This document shows positions 20,550 through 31,270 of a stretch of 64,000 nucleotides of DNA, in pieces; positions within the stretch are counted from its first letter, which is position 1, and every line of letters begins with the position of its first letter. Under the pieces are notes generated by a model. That model was given only the letters and a program-made list of their open reading frames with translations. It was not told where the DNA came from and did no database searches. Origin of the DNA: an uncultured delta proteobacterium. Its GTDB lineage: Bacteria; Desulfobacterota; WTBG01. The stretch lies in the NCBI GenBank assembly GCA_963793865.1, contig CAWCBP010000001.1:608001-672000 (forward strand), written 5' to 3'. The position numbers were made by a program, and so were the translations under genes.

Positions 20550-22901
20550 ATGGCTATGAAAAAATCCAGCAAAGATACTGATCAGCATCCTCTTCAGCAG
20601 TCATCGCGCATTGTGCCGGTACTGCCCTTAAAGGGTGGGGTTTTATTTCCAAATGCCATGATGCCCATAACCATCGGCCAGGAACGGTCCATTAAACTTA
20701 TTGATGAGGCACTCATTAAGGACAGGACTATCCTGGTGGTTTCGGTCAGGAACCAGGACGTAGAAGTGCCGCAGCCCGAAGATTTATACTCCGTCGGCTG
20801 TCTTTCCAGCATTGCCAAGATGATGAAGCTTAAAGACGATCAGATGAGCGTGCTCATTCAGGGGCAGTCCAGAATGCGCATCGGTGAATATACCCAAAGC
20901 ACACCCTATCTGCAGGCGAGGGTTGAAGTGATCAACGAAGACTATGAGCGGAACGTTGAAATCGATGCGCTCATGGTCAGCATCAAGAATCTGTTTCAGC
21001 GAGCGGTCGAGCTTTCTCCCGCCATACCCTCGGAGGTGGGATTCATTGTCAGGAACATGGATGATCCGCGAACCCTGGCCGATATGATTGCCGCTAATTT
21101 TAACATCAGTGTCGCCGAGAAACAGGAAATCCTTGAGCTGATCGATATTAAAAAGCGGCTGGAGCGGATTACGGTGATTTTAAACAAGGAGCTCCAGATC
21201 CTTGAGCTGGGCAGCAAGATTCAAGGTGATCTTAAAAAAGAGATGGATAAGAGCCAGCGCGACTATTATCTCAGGGAGCAGCTGAAGGCCATACAGCGTG
21301 AGCTGGGTGAAGACGATGAGCGGACGGTTGAGGTGAAAGAGCTCAGGGAGAAGATTAAGAAGGCGCAGATGCCCGAGGATGTGCTCACGGTCGCCGATAA
21401 GGAGCTCGACCGTCTCGCCAAAATGTCGCCGGCCGCTGCGGAATATACGGTTTCCAGGACGTATCTCGACTGGCTGATTGATCTTCCCTGGTCTGTGGCA
21501 ACGGAGGACAGACTGAATGTCGAAGAGGCGCAGAGGGTGCTGGATGAGGATCATTATGACCTTGAGAAGGTGAAGAAAAGGATTGTGGAATATCTCGCGG
21601 TGCGGAAGTTAAAACCCGACATGAAGGGCCCCATTCTCTGTTTCGCCGGCCCGCCGGGGACGGGCAAGACCTCCCTGGGCAAATCCATCGCCAGGGCGCT
21701 GGGGAGAAAGTTTATTCGAATGTCCCTGGGAGGCGTGCGGGATGAGGCGGAAATCCGGGGGCACCGGAGAACCTACGTGGGGGCATTGCCGGGGCGGATT
21801 ATTCAGGGCATCAAAAAAGCCGGAACCCGCAATCCTGTTTTTATGCTGGATGAGGTTGACAAGATCGGAACTGACTTCAGGGGAGATCCATCATCGGCGC
21901 TGCTCGAGGTGCTTGATCCTGAACAGAACTTCTCGTTTTCCGACAACTACCTTGAGGTACCGTTTGATCTTTCCTCAGTGATGTTTATCACCACGGCCAA
22001 CGTGCTCGACACCATTCCCCCGGCATTGCGTGACCGCATGGAGGTTCTTGATTTAACCGGATATACGGAGGATGAAAAGCTGATGATTGCCAGGCAGTAC
22101 CTGGTGCCGCGTCAGCTTGAGGCGCACGGTATCACATCTGAAATGCTCACCATTGATGACAGTGCCATCCGGGCGATCATCAGCGATTACACCAGGGAGG
22201 CGGGCTTAAGAAACCTGGAACGCGAGGTGGCAACCATTTGCCGGGCATGTGCCAAGGAATATGCCCGGGGAAAGCGGGAAGCGGTTACGGTAACCGGCGA
22301 GATGCTTAAGACATTTCTGGGCCCGGTAAAATTCTTCGCCGAGGTGGCAGAGAGAACCGCCGTGCCCGGCGTGGCCACGGGATTGGCGTGGACTCCTACC
22401 GGGGGCGACATAATCTTTGTTGAAGCCACGAAGATGAAGGGCAAAAAATCACTCATCCTGACGGGATCTCTGGGAGATGTGATGAAGGAGTCCGCCCAGG
22501 CAGCCTTAAGTTACATTCGGTCCAAGGCAAAAGAGCTGAACATCCCGGAGGATTTTTTTGAGGACAATGACATTCATCTGCATGTACCGGCCGGCGCCAT
22601 TCCCAAGGACGGGCCCTCAGCGGGAGTCACCATTTTCACCGCCCTGGTTTCACTTCTTCTGGACAGGCCGGTACGGAGTGATATCGCCATGACCGGCGAG
22701 ATTACCCTGCGCGGACTGGTTCTGCCCGTGGGGGGAATTAAGGAGAAGGTGCTGGCGGCCAAACGGGCGGGCATCACCAAAGTTATGCTTCCCAAAAAAA
22801 ATGAAAACAACCTTGAAGAGGTTTCTGAGAAGGCAAGAAGCGGTATGGAATTTTATCTGGTTGATACCATGGATCGTGTTATAGAACTTGCCCTTGCCTA
22901 G
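20550..22901 (+). CDS. lon: Lon protease
   Basis: GPPGTGKTS Walker [15 protein letters not shown] catalytic Ser. Confidence 0.96.
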   Translation: MAMKKSSKDTDQHPLQQSSRIVPVLPLKGGVLFPNAMMPITIGQERSIKLIDEALIKDRTILVVSVRNQDVEVPQPEDLYSVGCLSSIAKMMKLKDDQMSVLIQGQSRMRIGEYTQSTPYLQARVEVINEDYERNVEIDALMVSIKNLFQRAVELSPAIPSEVGFIVRNMDDPRTLADMIAANFNISVAEKQEILELIDIKKRLERITVILNKELQILELGSKIQGDLKKEMDKSQRDYYLREQLKAIQRELGEDDERTVEVKELREKIKKAQMPEDVLTVADKELDRLAKMSPAAAEYTVSRTYLDWLIDLPWSVATEDRLNVEEAQRVLDEDHYDLEKVKKRIVEYLAVRKLKPDMKGPILCFAGPPGTGKTSLGKSIARALGRKFIRMSLGGVRDEAEIRGHRRTYVGALPGRIIQGIKKAGTRNPVFMLDEVDKIGTDFRGDPSSALLEVLDPEQNFSFSDNYLEVPFDLSSVMFITTANVLDTIPPALRDRMEVLDLTGYTEDEKLMIARQYLVPRQLEAHGITSEMLTIDDSAIRAIISDYTREAGLRNLEREVATICRACAKEYARGKREAVTVTGEMLKTFLGPVKFFAEVAERTAVPGVATGLAWTPTGGDIIFVEATKMKGKKSLILTGSLGDVMKESAQAALSYIRSKAKELNIPEDFFEDNDIHLHVPAGAIPKDGPSAGVTIFTALVSLLLDRPVRSDIAMTGEITLRGLVLPVGGIKEKVLAAKRAGITKVMLPKKNENNLEEVSEKARSGMEFYLVDTMDRVIELALA

Positions 22902-23160
22902 CCGGCAATCTCAACCACGCTGTCATCATGCGCGCCCCGCCTTATAGACAGGTCAGTATCCCGTCGGCAGGTTAGCACTGCTATCGACTTGACAATCCCA
23001 TAAATATAGGTATGGTAATAGAGTAGCCAAGGCCTCACACGTTTCATGTAAATTTTTTATTGGCTTTGCTCGTCACGATCAGAGGAAAGGAGGTGATGGA
23101 AGGTTTGGCATTCACCTCGAAATGAAAATAATATGTTACATTCTAACAGGGAGATGGGTT

Positions 23161-23595
23161 ATGAGGAAAGCAATCTATGGCAGTGTTGTGTTTTTAATGC
23201 TGGGGCTGCTGTGCTTTACGGCTGTTGCTGCTGCGACCGATCAGCCGGCGGAAGAAACCAGAACGGAAAACAGGATAGTGGCTGTTTCCGCCCGTGAGGG
23301 TTTGAGTCCCGCAACCATGCAGGCGGCTCCCGGAACGACGGTTATCTGGGTGAATCATTCAAATCAGCCTGCGGAAATACATTTTCTGGAAAAGAAGGTC
23401 ACCCTGGCATGCGGTGCCCCGGTAAACTTTTTTATTGGCCAGGATGGCGCCTATGAATCAGCCAAAATTCCCTTTGGCGGTACCGCCAGCCTGTGCTTTT
23501 TGGAAAAGGGAAAATTTGAATATGTGTATAAGGCTTCAGCTACCTTTTACCCGCTGGAGGGGAAGGAACACAAGGGTATCATTTGGATTCAATAA
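23161..23595 (+). CDS. Secreted cupredoxin-fold-like protein, paralogue A
   Basis: Signal peptide; PGTTVIWVN..GGTASLCF.EKG pattern. Confidence 0.7.
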   Translation: MRKAIYGSVVFLMLGLLCFTAVAAATDQPAEETRTENRIVAVSAREGLSPATMQAAPGTTVIWVNHSNQPAEIHFLEKKVTLACGAPVNFFIGQDGAYESAKIPFGGTASLCFLEKGKFEYVYKASATFYPLEGKEHKGIIWIQ

Positions 23596-23797
23596 TGTGC
23601 AGGTTGCGATTGGCGTATGGTGGGTAGCGGACCCGCCGCGTTGTGTCCGCATGTAGATGAGCGGAGCGAAGGGTTTTTGTTGACAAGGGTATGACGGTGA
23701 TATAAATTCGAAGCGATAGTTGCTATTGCAGGGGCGGTGGTGCGAAGGGAGATTTTACATCGGTAGCGATAACAACAGTAAACGCGAGGAGGGTTAT

Positions 23798-24262
23798 ATG
23801 TATCAGAAAGTGGTTTCTGCTGTCATTCTGTTTTTTTGCGTCATTTTTCTTTCCGGACTCATGTGCTTGGCAGAGGACAAGGGCGCGGCACAGAAGGCGG
23901 CTGAGGAGGATGTGGCTATAACCAACAAGATTGTCCAGATTAACGAAAGAGAAGGTGCGAGCCCTTCGATTCTGGTTACAAGCCCGGGCACCACGGTGAT
24001 CTGGGTAAATCACTCCAAGTCGCCCCTGGAGGTGCTTTTCCTGGATAAAAAGGTTACCCTGGCCTGCGGATCTCCGGTAAACTTTTTTGTCGGAAAGGAC
24101 GGGGCGTATGAGTCAGGCAAGATTCCCTTCGGCAGCACCGCCAGTCTCTGCTTTACCGAAAAGGGCAGGTATGATTATATCGTCAAGGTTTCCAGGACTT
24201 TTTATATGCCTGCCCAGGGTGGAGCAGGAGCGGAACATCGTGGCAGTATAGTGATAGAATAA
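23798..24262 (+). CDS. Secreted cupredoxin-fold-like protein, paralogue B
   Basis: Highly similar to A (KKVTLACG.PVNFF.G.DGAYES.KIPFG). Confidence 0.7.
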   Translation: MYQKVVSAVILFFCVIFLSGLMCLAEDKGAAQKAAEEDVAITNKIVQINEREGASPSILVTSPGTTVIWVNHSKSPLEVLFLDKKVTLACGSPVNFFVGKDGAYESGKIPFGSTASLCFTEKGRYDYIVKVSRTFYMPAQGGAGAEHRGSIVIE

Positions 24263-24330
24263 GCCGTTTGCTGACTGCGGAAGGGTGAGTTGAAGGGATA
24301 TGACCGCTGCAGTGTCAGCCATGCATACGT

Positions 24331-24368
24331 AAAACCCCTTGCCGTTTATGCGGCTGAGGGGTTTTTTT
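24331..24368. terminator. Bidirectional intrinsic terminator
   Basis: AAAACCCCT..GCCG..CGGC..AGGGGTTTTTTT between convergent genes. Confidence 0.75.
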
Positions 24369-24427
24369 ACCGTCAGGATGGTGATTGTCGTGCTCCAGGC
24401 CGGGTGTGCCGGTGGGGGGCGGAAAGT

Positions 24428-25705
24428 CTAATCATCTTCGACGGTACAGCAGGGCTTGGCGACCGTCTCGAAGTCACCCGTTTCAAGATAGCGGGCGAGG
24501 TCACGCAGAAAGTTCGCCGCACTGATGCCGTCAACCACCCGGTGGTCCATGGACAGGGTGACCCTCATCATCTTTGCCGGTATGAATGTGCCGTCCTTCC
24601 AAACCGGCGTTTCTTTAATGGCGCTTATTGCCAGGATGGCTGTCTGGGGCGGATAGATAATGGCGGCAAAATCCGCCACGCCGAGCATGCCCAGATTGCT
24701 GATGGTGAAGGTGCCGTCGGTCAGATCATCTGAAGAGAATTTACCCGCCTCCGCTTTTTCGCGCAGCTTTTTAACGCCCCGGGAAATGTCCTCCAGGGCC
24801 AAGGTGTCAGCGCTCTTGAGCACCGGAATGATGAGGCCTTCAGGCATGCCGATGACGATGCCCATGTTGACCTCTTTTTTCAAGAGCAGTCCTCCCTCCG
24901 GGTAGATCGCATTGAGATACGGGTAATTTTTGAGGGTCATGGCAACCGCTTTAATGAGCACATCATTGATGGTAATTGTATCGGCATCGCTTCTATCCCG
25001 GTTGAGCTCAACAAGTTTTTTGAGCGCGGTGGTCATATCGATATCATAGCTCAGGTAAAAGTGCGGTATGGTTCTCTTGCTGTGACTTACAGTTGCGGCA
25101 ATGGCCTTTCTCATGGTGGATAGCACCGTCGCGCCTTCGGTGGAGACCGGCTCTGCCGGAATGGCAGGGATTAAAGTCTCCCGTGAGGGGAGGTGCGCCC
25201 TGTAATCCCGCGCATCTTTAAGGGTGATCATACCGCCGATGCCGGTTCCGGCGATCTGGGAGAGGTCTATACCCCGCTCCGCTGCGTAGTTCTTGGCGGC
25301 TGGAGAGGCCTGTGCACCCCCTGCCAATGCAGACGCTCCGGGCTCCTTCTTGTGGGGAACAACCGTTAATTGAGGTGTTTCCTTGTGCTGGGCAGGCGGT
25401 TTTTTCGTCTGCCCCGTTTTCTGTGCTCCTTCCGGCAGCGGCTCCTGCTGGGGAACGACTTCCTTCAGTTCTCCACCCACAATGGCAATGGCGGTTCCCA
25501 CGGGAACTTTCTCACCTGCCTGCACCAGTATCTGCGTCAGCACTCCTGCAACGGATGACTCCACCTCCAGCACCGCCTTGTCGGTCTCAACTTCAAACAG
25601 CGTCTCCCCCCGCTGGATGTAGTCGCCCTCATTCCTGAACCATTTGAGGAGGGTGCCTTCCACCATGGTGTCGCTCAATTTGGGCATAAGAATTTCTTCA
25701 GGCAT
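24428..25705 (-). CDS. pdhC: Dihydrolipoamide acyltransferase E2
   Basis: VETDKA lipoyl site, ASPAAK E3/E1-binding domain, DHRVVDG. Confidence 0.92.
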   Translation of the reverse strand: MPEEILMPKLSDTMVEGTLLKWFRNEGDYIQRGETLFEVETDKAVLEVESSVAGVLTQILVQAGEKVPVGTAIAIVGGELKEVVPQQEPLPEGAQKTGQTKKPPAQHKETPQLTVVPHKKEPGASALAGGAQASPAAKNYAAERGIDLSQIAGTGIGGMITLKDARDYRAHLPSRETLIPAIPAEPVSTEGATVLSTMRKAIAATVSHSKRTIPHFYLSYDIDMTTALKKLVELNRDRSDADTITINDVLIKAVAMTLKNYPYLNAIYPEGGLLLKKEVNMGIVIGMPEGLIIPVLKSADTLALEDISRGVKKLREKAEAGKFSSDDLTDGTFTISNLGMLGVADFAAIIYPPQTAILAISAIKETPVWKDGTFIPAKMMRVTLSMDHRVVDGISAANFLRDLARYLETGDFETVAKPCCTVEDD

Positions 25706-25729
25706 CACTGATTCCTTTTCAACAGCCTG

Positions 25730-26701
25730 TTAGAGAACAGAAATGGCAGCCTGAATCACATCTTCAACACGGGGAATGGCTGCCTGCTCGAGGTTTTTAG
25801 CATAGGGCATGGGGGTATCCTTTCCGGCTACCCGCACAATAGGAGCATCCAGTGAGGAAAAGGCATGCTCATATATCCGGGCGCTGACCTCTGCTCCCAC
25901 CCCGCCGGTCTTCCAGTCCTCCTCCACGATGATGGCGCGGTTGGTTTTTCGTACCGAGGCGACAAGCGTTGCAAGATCCAGGGGGCTGAGTGTTCTCAAG
26001 TCAATCAGCTCCGCCTGTATTCCCTCTTTGGCCAGTTGCGCTGCGGCCTCCCCTGCAATCAGCGCCATGTTGGAATAGGAGATGATGGTGAGGTCGGTTC
26101 CCCTGTGCCGGACCGCCGCTTTCCCGATGGGGGTGGTGTAATCCCCCGGGGGGACTTCTCCCCTGGTGTTGTAGAGGTGTTCGTGCTCCAGGAAGACGAT
26201 GGGATCATCCTCCCGTATGGCCTCCTTGAGCAATCCTTTGGCGTCCTCCGGGGTTGAGGGCATGACCACCTTTAACCCCGGGCAGTGGAGAAAGTACGAC
26301 TCCAGACTTTGGGAATGCTGGGCTCCCAGCTGGTTGCCCCCGCCCCCCGGAGCCCTGATGACCATCGGCACCTTTGTCTTGCCGCCGAACATGTAGCGGA
26401 TTTTGGCGGCGTGGTTGACGATCTGGTCCATGGCCAGGAGGGCAAAATTGACCGTCATCAGCTCTGCAACCGGCCGCAGGCCCGTCATGGCTGCACCGAT
26501 GGCCGCCCCGACGATAAGGCCCTCGGCAATGGGCATGTCAATCACGCGCTTCTCACCGAATTCGGCATAGAGCCCCTCGGTCACTTTAAAAGCGCCGCCG
26601 TACAGGCCGACGTCTTCGCCCAAAACAAAGACAGAGGGATCCCTCTGCATTTCTTCTCTCAGTGCGTCATTGAGTGCTTCCCGATAGGTGATTTCCGGCA
26701 T
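25730..26701 (-). CDS. pdhB: Pyruvate dehydrogenase E1 beta
   Basis: GEDVGLYGG, DMPIAE, GAQHSQS. Confidence 0.92.
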   Translation of the reverse strand: MPEITYREALNDALREEMQRDPSVFVLGEDVGLYGGAFKVTEGLYAEFGEKRVIDMPIAEGLIVGAAIGAAMTGLRPVAELMTVNFALLAMDQIVNHAAKIRYMFGGKTKVPMVIRAPGGGGNQLGAQHSQSLESYFLHCPGLKVVMPSTPEDAKGLLKEAIREDDPIVFLEHEHLYNTRGEVPPGDYTTPIGKAAVRHRGTDLTIISYSNMALIAGEAAAQLAKEGIQAELIDLRTLSPLDLATLVASVRKTNRAIIVEEDWKTGGVGAEVSARIYEHAFSSLDAPIVRVAGKDTPMPYAKNLEQAAIPRVEDVIQAAISVL

Positions 26702-26721
26702 GTGGCAAATGCTCCGCTTTC

Positions 26722-27141
26722 TCAGCCAAGTCTGCCCACTACACGGCACTCGGTGGTAAGGGTTTTGTTAACCGGGCACCTGTCTGCGATTTCCAGGAGC
26801 CGTTCCCGCTGTTCCTGGGTAAGGTCACCCTTGAGATGAATGGTTTTGGCGATCTGGTCAAGCTTCCCCTCCTGCGTGACGCATTCGTCGCAATCTGCGG
26901 CATGTATTTTCTCATGGGTCAGCGTAACCTGCACCCCTTCCAGAGACCATCCTTTGCGGCGCGCGTACATGGTGATGGTCATTGCGGTACAGCCGCCGAG
27001 GGCGGAAAGGAGAAGATCATAGGGATCCGGTCCCTTGCCGTCGCCGCCCACGTCCTTGGCTTCGTCTATGATTAAGGTGTGCTGGCCCGTTCTCGCTTCC
27101 TGCTGGTAGTTTTTAATGTGCCGTACCACAACTTCCTTCAT
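26722..27141 (-). CDS. OsmC/YhfA-family protein
   Basis: GPDPYDLLLSALGGCT ... RCPVNKTL two-Cys signature. Confidence 0.9.
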   Translation of the reverse strand: MKEVVVRHIKNYQQEARTGQHTLIIDEAKDVGGDGKGPDPYDLLLSALGGCTAMTITMYARRKGWSLEGVQVTLTHEKIHAADCDECVTQEGKLDQIAKTIHLKGDLTQEQRERLLEIADRCPVNKTLTTECRVVGRLG

Positions 27142-27163
27142 CGGTCGCGCTCCTTAGATGCGT

Positions 27164-28138
27164 TTAATCGACATAAATATCCTTCATCAGCTCTTCCATC
27201 TCCGGCCATGCGCTGCTGTCGGCGAACCGCACCGATTCATCCACCGTCGCATTAATTGTTTCCTGCAGTTCCTTAAGATCATCGGGGGAGATAATGGCCT
27301 GGTCCCTCAGTTGTTTCGCAAGCCTGACAATGGGATCACGTTCCTTCCAGATTTTTTCCTCCCGCTTGGTGCGGTAATCATCGGGGTCTGACATGGAATG
27401 GCCGCGGTAGCGATAGGTTACGGCCTCGATGAATGAGGGCCCGTCACCTTCCCGCGCCCGATCCACCGCGCTCTCAATTGCCTCGCGCACTGCCAGTACA
27501 TCCATTCCATCAACCTGTTCGCTCGGCATGTCGTAAGCCTTGATCCGTTTATAGAGCTCTTTGGGCGGTGATACCCGGGCAAGAGAGGTTCCGATGGCAA
27601 AAAAATTGTTTTCACAAATAAAGATGATCGGGAGTTTCCAGGCTGAGGCAAGATTCAGCGATTCGTGAAAGGCGCCGGCATTAGTTGCCCCGTCACCAAA
27701 AAAGCTGACCACAACCGCGTCTTCCTCTTTGTACTGCAAGGCCATCCCAATGCCAACGGTAATCGGCAGCCCTCCGCCGACAATCGCATAGCCCCCGAGA
27801 AATCGCAGCTTATTATCAAAAAGGTGCATGGAACCGCCCTTTCCCTTGCAGATTCCCGTCGCGCGGCCAAACAGTTCCGCCATGACCTCCCTGGGATCAG
27901 CTCCTTTCGCCAGGCAGTGACCATGATCGCGGTAGGAACTGATGACGTAGTCCCTTTCGCTCAGGGCTGCTATGGCGCCGACGGCAACCGCTTCTTCTCC
28001 GATATAGAGGTGCGAAAACCCGGTTATTTTACCGCGGGCATACATTTCTGCCGCCTTTTCCTCAAAGCGTCTGATGAGGAACATGGTTTTGTAGAGATTG
28101 ACAAGCGTGTCGCCTGTCAGCGCGCGTTTACGGGCCAT
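27164..28138 (-). CDS. pdhA: Pyruvate dehydrogenase E1 alpha
   Basis: GFSHLYIGEEA, GSMH, GDGA..ENN TPP motif, GHSMSDP. Confidence 0.93.
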   Translation of the reverse strand: MARKRALTGDTLVNLYKTMFLIRRFEEKAAEMYARGKITGFSHLYIGEEAVAVGAIAALSERDYVISSYRDHGHCLAKGADPREVMAELFGRATGICKGKGGSMHLFDNKLRFLGGYAIVGGGLPITVGIGMALQYKEEDAVVVSFFGDGATNAGAFHESLNLASAWKLPIIFICENNFFAIGTSLARVSPPKELYKRIKAYDMPSEQVDGMDVLAVREAIESAVDRAREGDGPSFIEAVTYRYRGHSMSDPDDYRTKREEKIWKERDPIVRLAKQLRDQAIISPDDLKELQETINATVDESVRFADSSAWPEMEELMKDIYVD

Positions 28139-28167
28139 GAGCAGTTCCGTGCTAAACCGGGTGCGTT

Positions 28168-28467
28168 CTAGTGTTTAAGAATCTTGGGCATACAGAGGAG
28201 GTTCTTGCTTACAGAAATACGCCCGCAGGCGTCACAATAATAACGGGCATCGTCCACCTTGGGTTTGCAGAGATGGCGCGGATTGGTTGAGGCGACGCCG
28301 CAGTATTCACAGGTGTATGCGGCCTTGACCGTGCCCGGGTTGCACAGATGCTTCTTATCGGTGGTGGTTCTGCCACAGGTCCTGCAGGTGTAGATTTTCC
28401 CGGCCGAGGCTGCCGGGGTCTTCTTTGTTGCGGACCGCTTGGGTGAGGTTTTCTTTTTCGCTGCCAT
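28168..28467 (-). CDS. Small basic protein with three YxCxxCG..(H/L)LCxP repeats
   Basis: AGGAGG RBS; repeat visible in translation. Confidence 0.75.
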   Translation of the reverse strand: MAAKKKTSPKRSATKKTPAASAGKIYTCRTCGRTTTDKKHLCNPGTVKAAYTCEYCGVASTNPRHLCKPKVDDARYYCDACGRISVSKNLLCMPKILKH

Positions 28468-28813
28468 GTCACACCTCCTTAATTAGATAGTCTGCCGGAA
28501 ACACAATTTACCTAATGATAATAGCATAGGATAGGACAGAGGCATTTGTCAAGATGTGCTTTGAGGCCCGGCATGCCGGCTGCACCGGCAGCAAAGCATG
28601 AAAGCCCGTGCCGGCGGAAATAAGCATCTATAGCTTCCTGACAGGACAAGCATCAGGATGGTGGAAGGAGGTGGTTGCTGCCGAAGGGGGCGTCGTGGGG
28701 AAGATGGATGCCGCTGTCATACCGACGGCATTGATGCCATAATTCTGATTGTATCCCAAAAGATTGTTACAGAGCATTATATGCGGACAACCTGCAATGG
28801 GGTGGCAAAAAGT

Positions 28814-28972
28814 CTACGGCTGCCGTTTTAATTTCTTCTCATATTTTTTCAGCATGAGATCAATTCCTTCCCGTACCAGTACCGCCTGCGGGATTCTTGT
28901 CTTGGTGGATAGCTTGACCAATTTTTCCACCAGCTTTGTGTCAAGATAAATGGTACGCAGAATCTTTGTCAT
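28814..28972 (-). CDS. Ribbon-helix-helix DNA-binding protein (52 aa)
   Basis: Manual translation MTKILRTIYLD..LVEKLVKLSTKTRIPQAVLVREGIDLMLKKY; below the ORF-track cut-off. Confidence 0.75.
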   Translation of the reverse strand: MTKILRTIYLDTKLVEKLVKLSTKTRIPQAVLVREGIDLMLKKYEKKLKRQP

Positions 28973-29015
28973 GTGTACTCTCCCGAACCATAACTGTTAG
29001 GTTGTGTCATATGCA

Positions 29016-29336
29016 TTACACGAAATTGCCGATACATTTTCCGATGTAGTACACTGATTTTTTGTGCACCTCCTTGAACTGAATGCCATACCCATCATCA
29101 TGCACACCGGTGTGCTTTACCAAACCGAAAACCACGACTGCTTCAGCACTGCCCGGAATGTCGAGTTTAAGCGATATGCGGGAGGGAACGGGGAGCGAAT
29201 CAAACTCGGGGGATTTTTGGATAAAGCATCCTCCGAGGGATAAGTTCCGGGTCAGTCCCGTCCTTAAGGTGGCCAGATCCTGCACCCTGACGGCGGTGTT
29301 AAAGCGTGGATAGTTCCTTTGTTCTTTTTCCGGCAC
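29016..29336 (-). CDS. PilZ domain protein
   Basis: QRNYPR and NLSLGG motifs. Confidence 0.82.
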   Translation of the reverse strand: MPEKEQRNYPRFNTAVRVQDLATLRTGLTRNLSLGGCFIQKSPEFDSLPVPSRISLKLDIPGSAEAVVVFGLVKHTGVHDDGYGIQFKEVHKKSVYYIGKCIGNFV

Positions 29337-29392
29337 GGCAGCCTCGCTCTGTGCTCCTATTCTGCAGCAGTTTTAAATCCATGTAAAGTGTT

Positions 29393-31270
29393 TTAATCAT
29401 CCTCTGTGTTGATGGCGCATGACAGCTGCGCGCTGTCCCAGGCATGGTCATGGAGAGAATGGTCTCTCTGGCGGTCATACGCCAGAAGCTGCTCCTGCAG
29501 GCGTATCTGCTCTTTTGAGTTGTAAATATATGTTTTTTCATCATGCCGGTGCGGTGCCAGCTGCCGCAGGGCGGCCTCATCGTATTTAGTAAAGTTCTGG
29601 GCGGCACGGGTTGCGCTGAATCTCCGCAAGCCCAGCAGGGTCAGGACATCAACGGCCGCGCGCAGCGCCGTATCAAGACAATCACGGTACACGTGCTGCA
29701 GCCCGAGATCAAGCAGTTCATACGCGTCCGCATTGTTTCTGGCCCTGGCGATGACTTCCAGATGGGGAAAATGCTTTCTGCAGGTTTCTGCCAGGGCATA
29801 GCTTATTGGAGGATCATCAATGGCAACCACGAGGATGCGGGCGCTTGCGGCACCTGCAGAATGCAAAATATCAAGGCGGGTGGCATCTCCGTAGAACACC
29901 TTGAAGCCCATCTTGCGAAGCACATCAACCCGGTCCGAATCGTTGTCAAGTATGGTCGTCTCAATGCCGCTGGCGCGAAGGAAGCGGCCCATGATGCTGC
30001 CAAAAAAGCTGAAGCCGGCAATGATCACCGGATGGGCGGTATCAATGGTGTCCGCCTCTTTTTTAATGTGCCGGAGTGTTCCGAAATGCGGCAGGATGAA
30101 CCGCTCGTTGATCAGCAGCAGCAGCGGCGTTAAGGTCATGCTCAGAGCGGTGAGGGCTATCATGGTATCCGCCCAGCTGTCCGACACAATATTCAGCCGG
30201 CTGATAAAGGCAAACAGCACAAAAGCAAACTCACCCACCTGCGACAGCGCCAGAGAGAAGATGCAATTTTGATCGAAGCTCAGCTTAAACATTCTGCCCA
30301 GAAAAAGCAACACGGAGGCTTTGATGGCCACGAGAGCTATGACCAGGGTCAGGATCCATGCGGGGTTATTGAGAATGAGTCTGAAATTAACCGAGGCGCC
30401 GACCGCGATAAAAAAAAGTCCCAGCAGCAGCCCTTTAAACGGTTCGATGTCACTTTCCAGCTCGTGGCGGAATTCGCTGTTGGCAAGAACCACTCCGGCG
30501 AGAAACGTCCCCAGTGCGGGGCTGAGCCCGGCGAGCTTCATCAGATAAGCTATGGCAACTATAATCAGCAGCGCAGCAGCAATGCACATCTCTCGCAGCC
30601 GGGTTCTGGTGATCGTCCTTAAAAAAGGCACGATAACATACCGTCCGCCGAAAATTACCAGCAGAATTGCAACAAGAACGGAGCTGGCCTGAACCCAGCC
30701 CGGCAGTGCGGAAAGCGCGTTGCTCTGTTCTCCGTCCGCAGCGCCGCCGGCCTGAAGCGCTAAAAAAGGAAGCAGTGCCAGTAAAGGAATGACCGCGATG
30801 TCCTGAAACAGTAACACTGCCAGGGAACTTTTTCCCGCTTGCGTCTGTCCGATCCCTTTTTCCTTGAGTGATTGCAGCACCATTGCCGTTGATGACATGG
30901 CAAGGGAAAGACCGGAGGCGACGGCAGCCCGCCAGCCGAAGCCCATCAGGGTTAACACGCACACGATGACCAGGGCGGTCAGGGCGACTTGCAGGCTTCC
31001 CAGTCCCAGGACGTACGTGCGCATGCCCCAGAAGTGGCTTGGTTCAAGCTCGAGCCCTATGAGAAAGAGCATCATTACCACGCCGAATTCGGCGAAGTGC
31101 ATAACGTCCTGGCCCTCTGCACCGATGCAGCCCAGGCAGTAGGGGCCGATGATGATCCCGGCCAGAAGGTAGCCCAGAACGGAACCCATGCCCAGGCGTT
31201 TTGCCAATGGCACGCATACGATCGCCGCGCTAAGGTAGATAATCGACTGAGCAAGAAGGCTGTCCATCAT
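29393..31270 (-). CDS. CPA2 potassium efflux antiporter, KefB/KefC family
   Basis: AEFGVVMMLF, RHELESDIEPFKGLLLGLFF, KTN domain. Confidence 0.92.
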   Translation of the reverse strand: MMDSLLAQSIIYLSAAIVCVPLAKRLGMGSVLGYLLAGIIIGPYCLGCIGAEGQDVMHFAEFGVVMMLFLIGLELEPSHFWGMRTYVLGLGSLQVALTALVIVCVLTLMGFGWRAAVASGLSLAMSSTAMVLQSLKEKGIGQTQAGKSSLAVLLFQDIAVIPLLALLPFLALQAGGAADGEQSNALSALPGWVQASSVLVAILLVIFGGRYVIVPFLRTITRTRLREMCIAAALLIIVAIAYLMKLAGLSPALGTFLAGVVLANSEFRHELESDIEPFKGLLLGLFFIAVGASVNFRLILNNPAWILTLVIALVAIKASVLLFLGRMFKLSFDQNCIFSLALSQVGEFAFVLFAFISRLNIVSDSWADTMIALTALSMTLTPLLLLINERFILPHFGTLRHIKKEADTIDTAHPVIIAGFSFFGSIMGRFLRASGIETTILDNDSDRVDVLRKMGFKVFYGDATRLDILHSAGAASARILVVAIDDPPISYALAETCRKHFPHLEVIARARNNADAYELLDLGLQHVYRDCLDTALRAAVDVLTLLGLRRFSATRAAQNFTKYDEAALRQLAPHRHDEKTYIYNSKEQIRLQEQLLAYDRQRDHSLHDHAWDSAQLSCAINTEDD

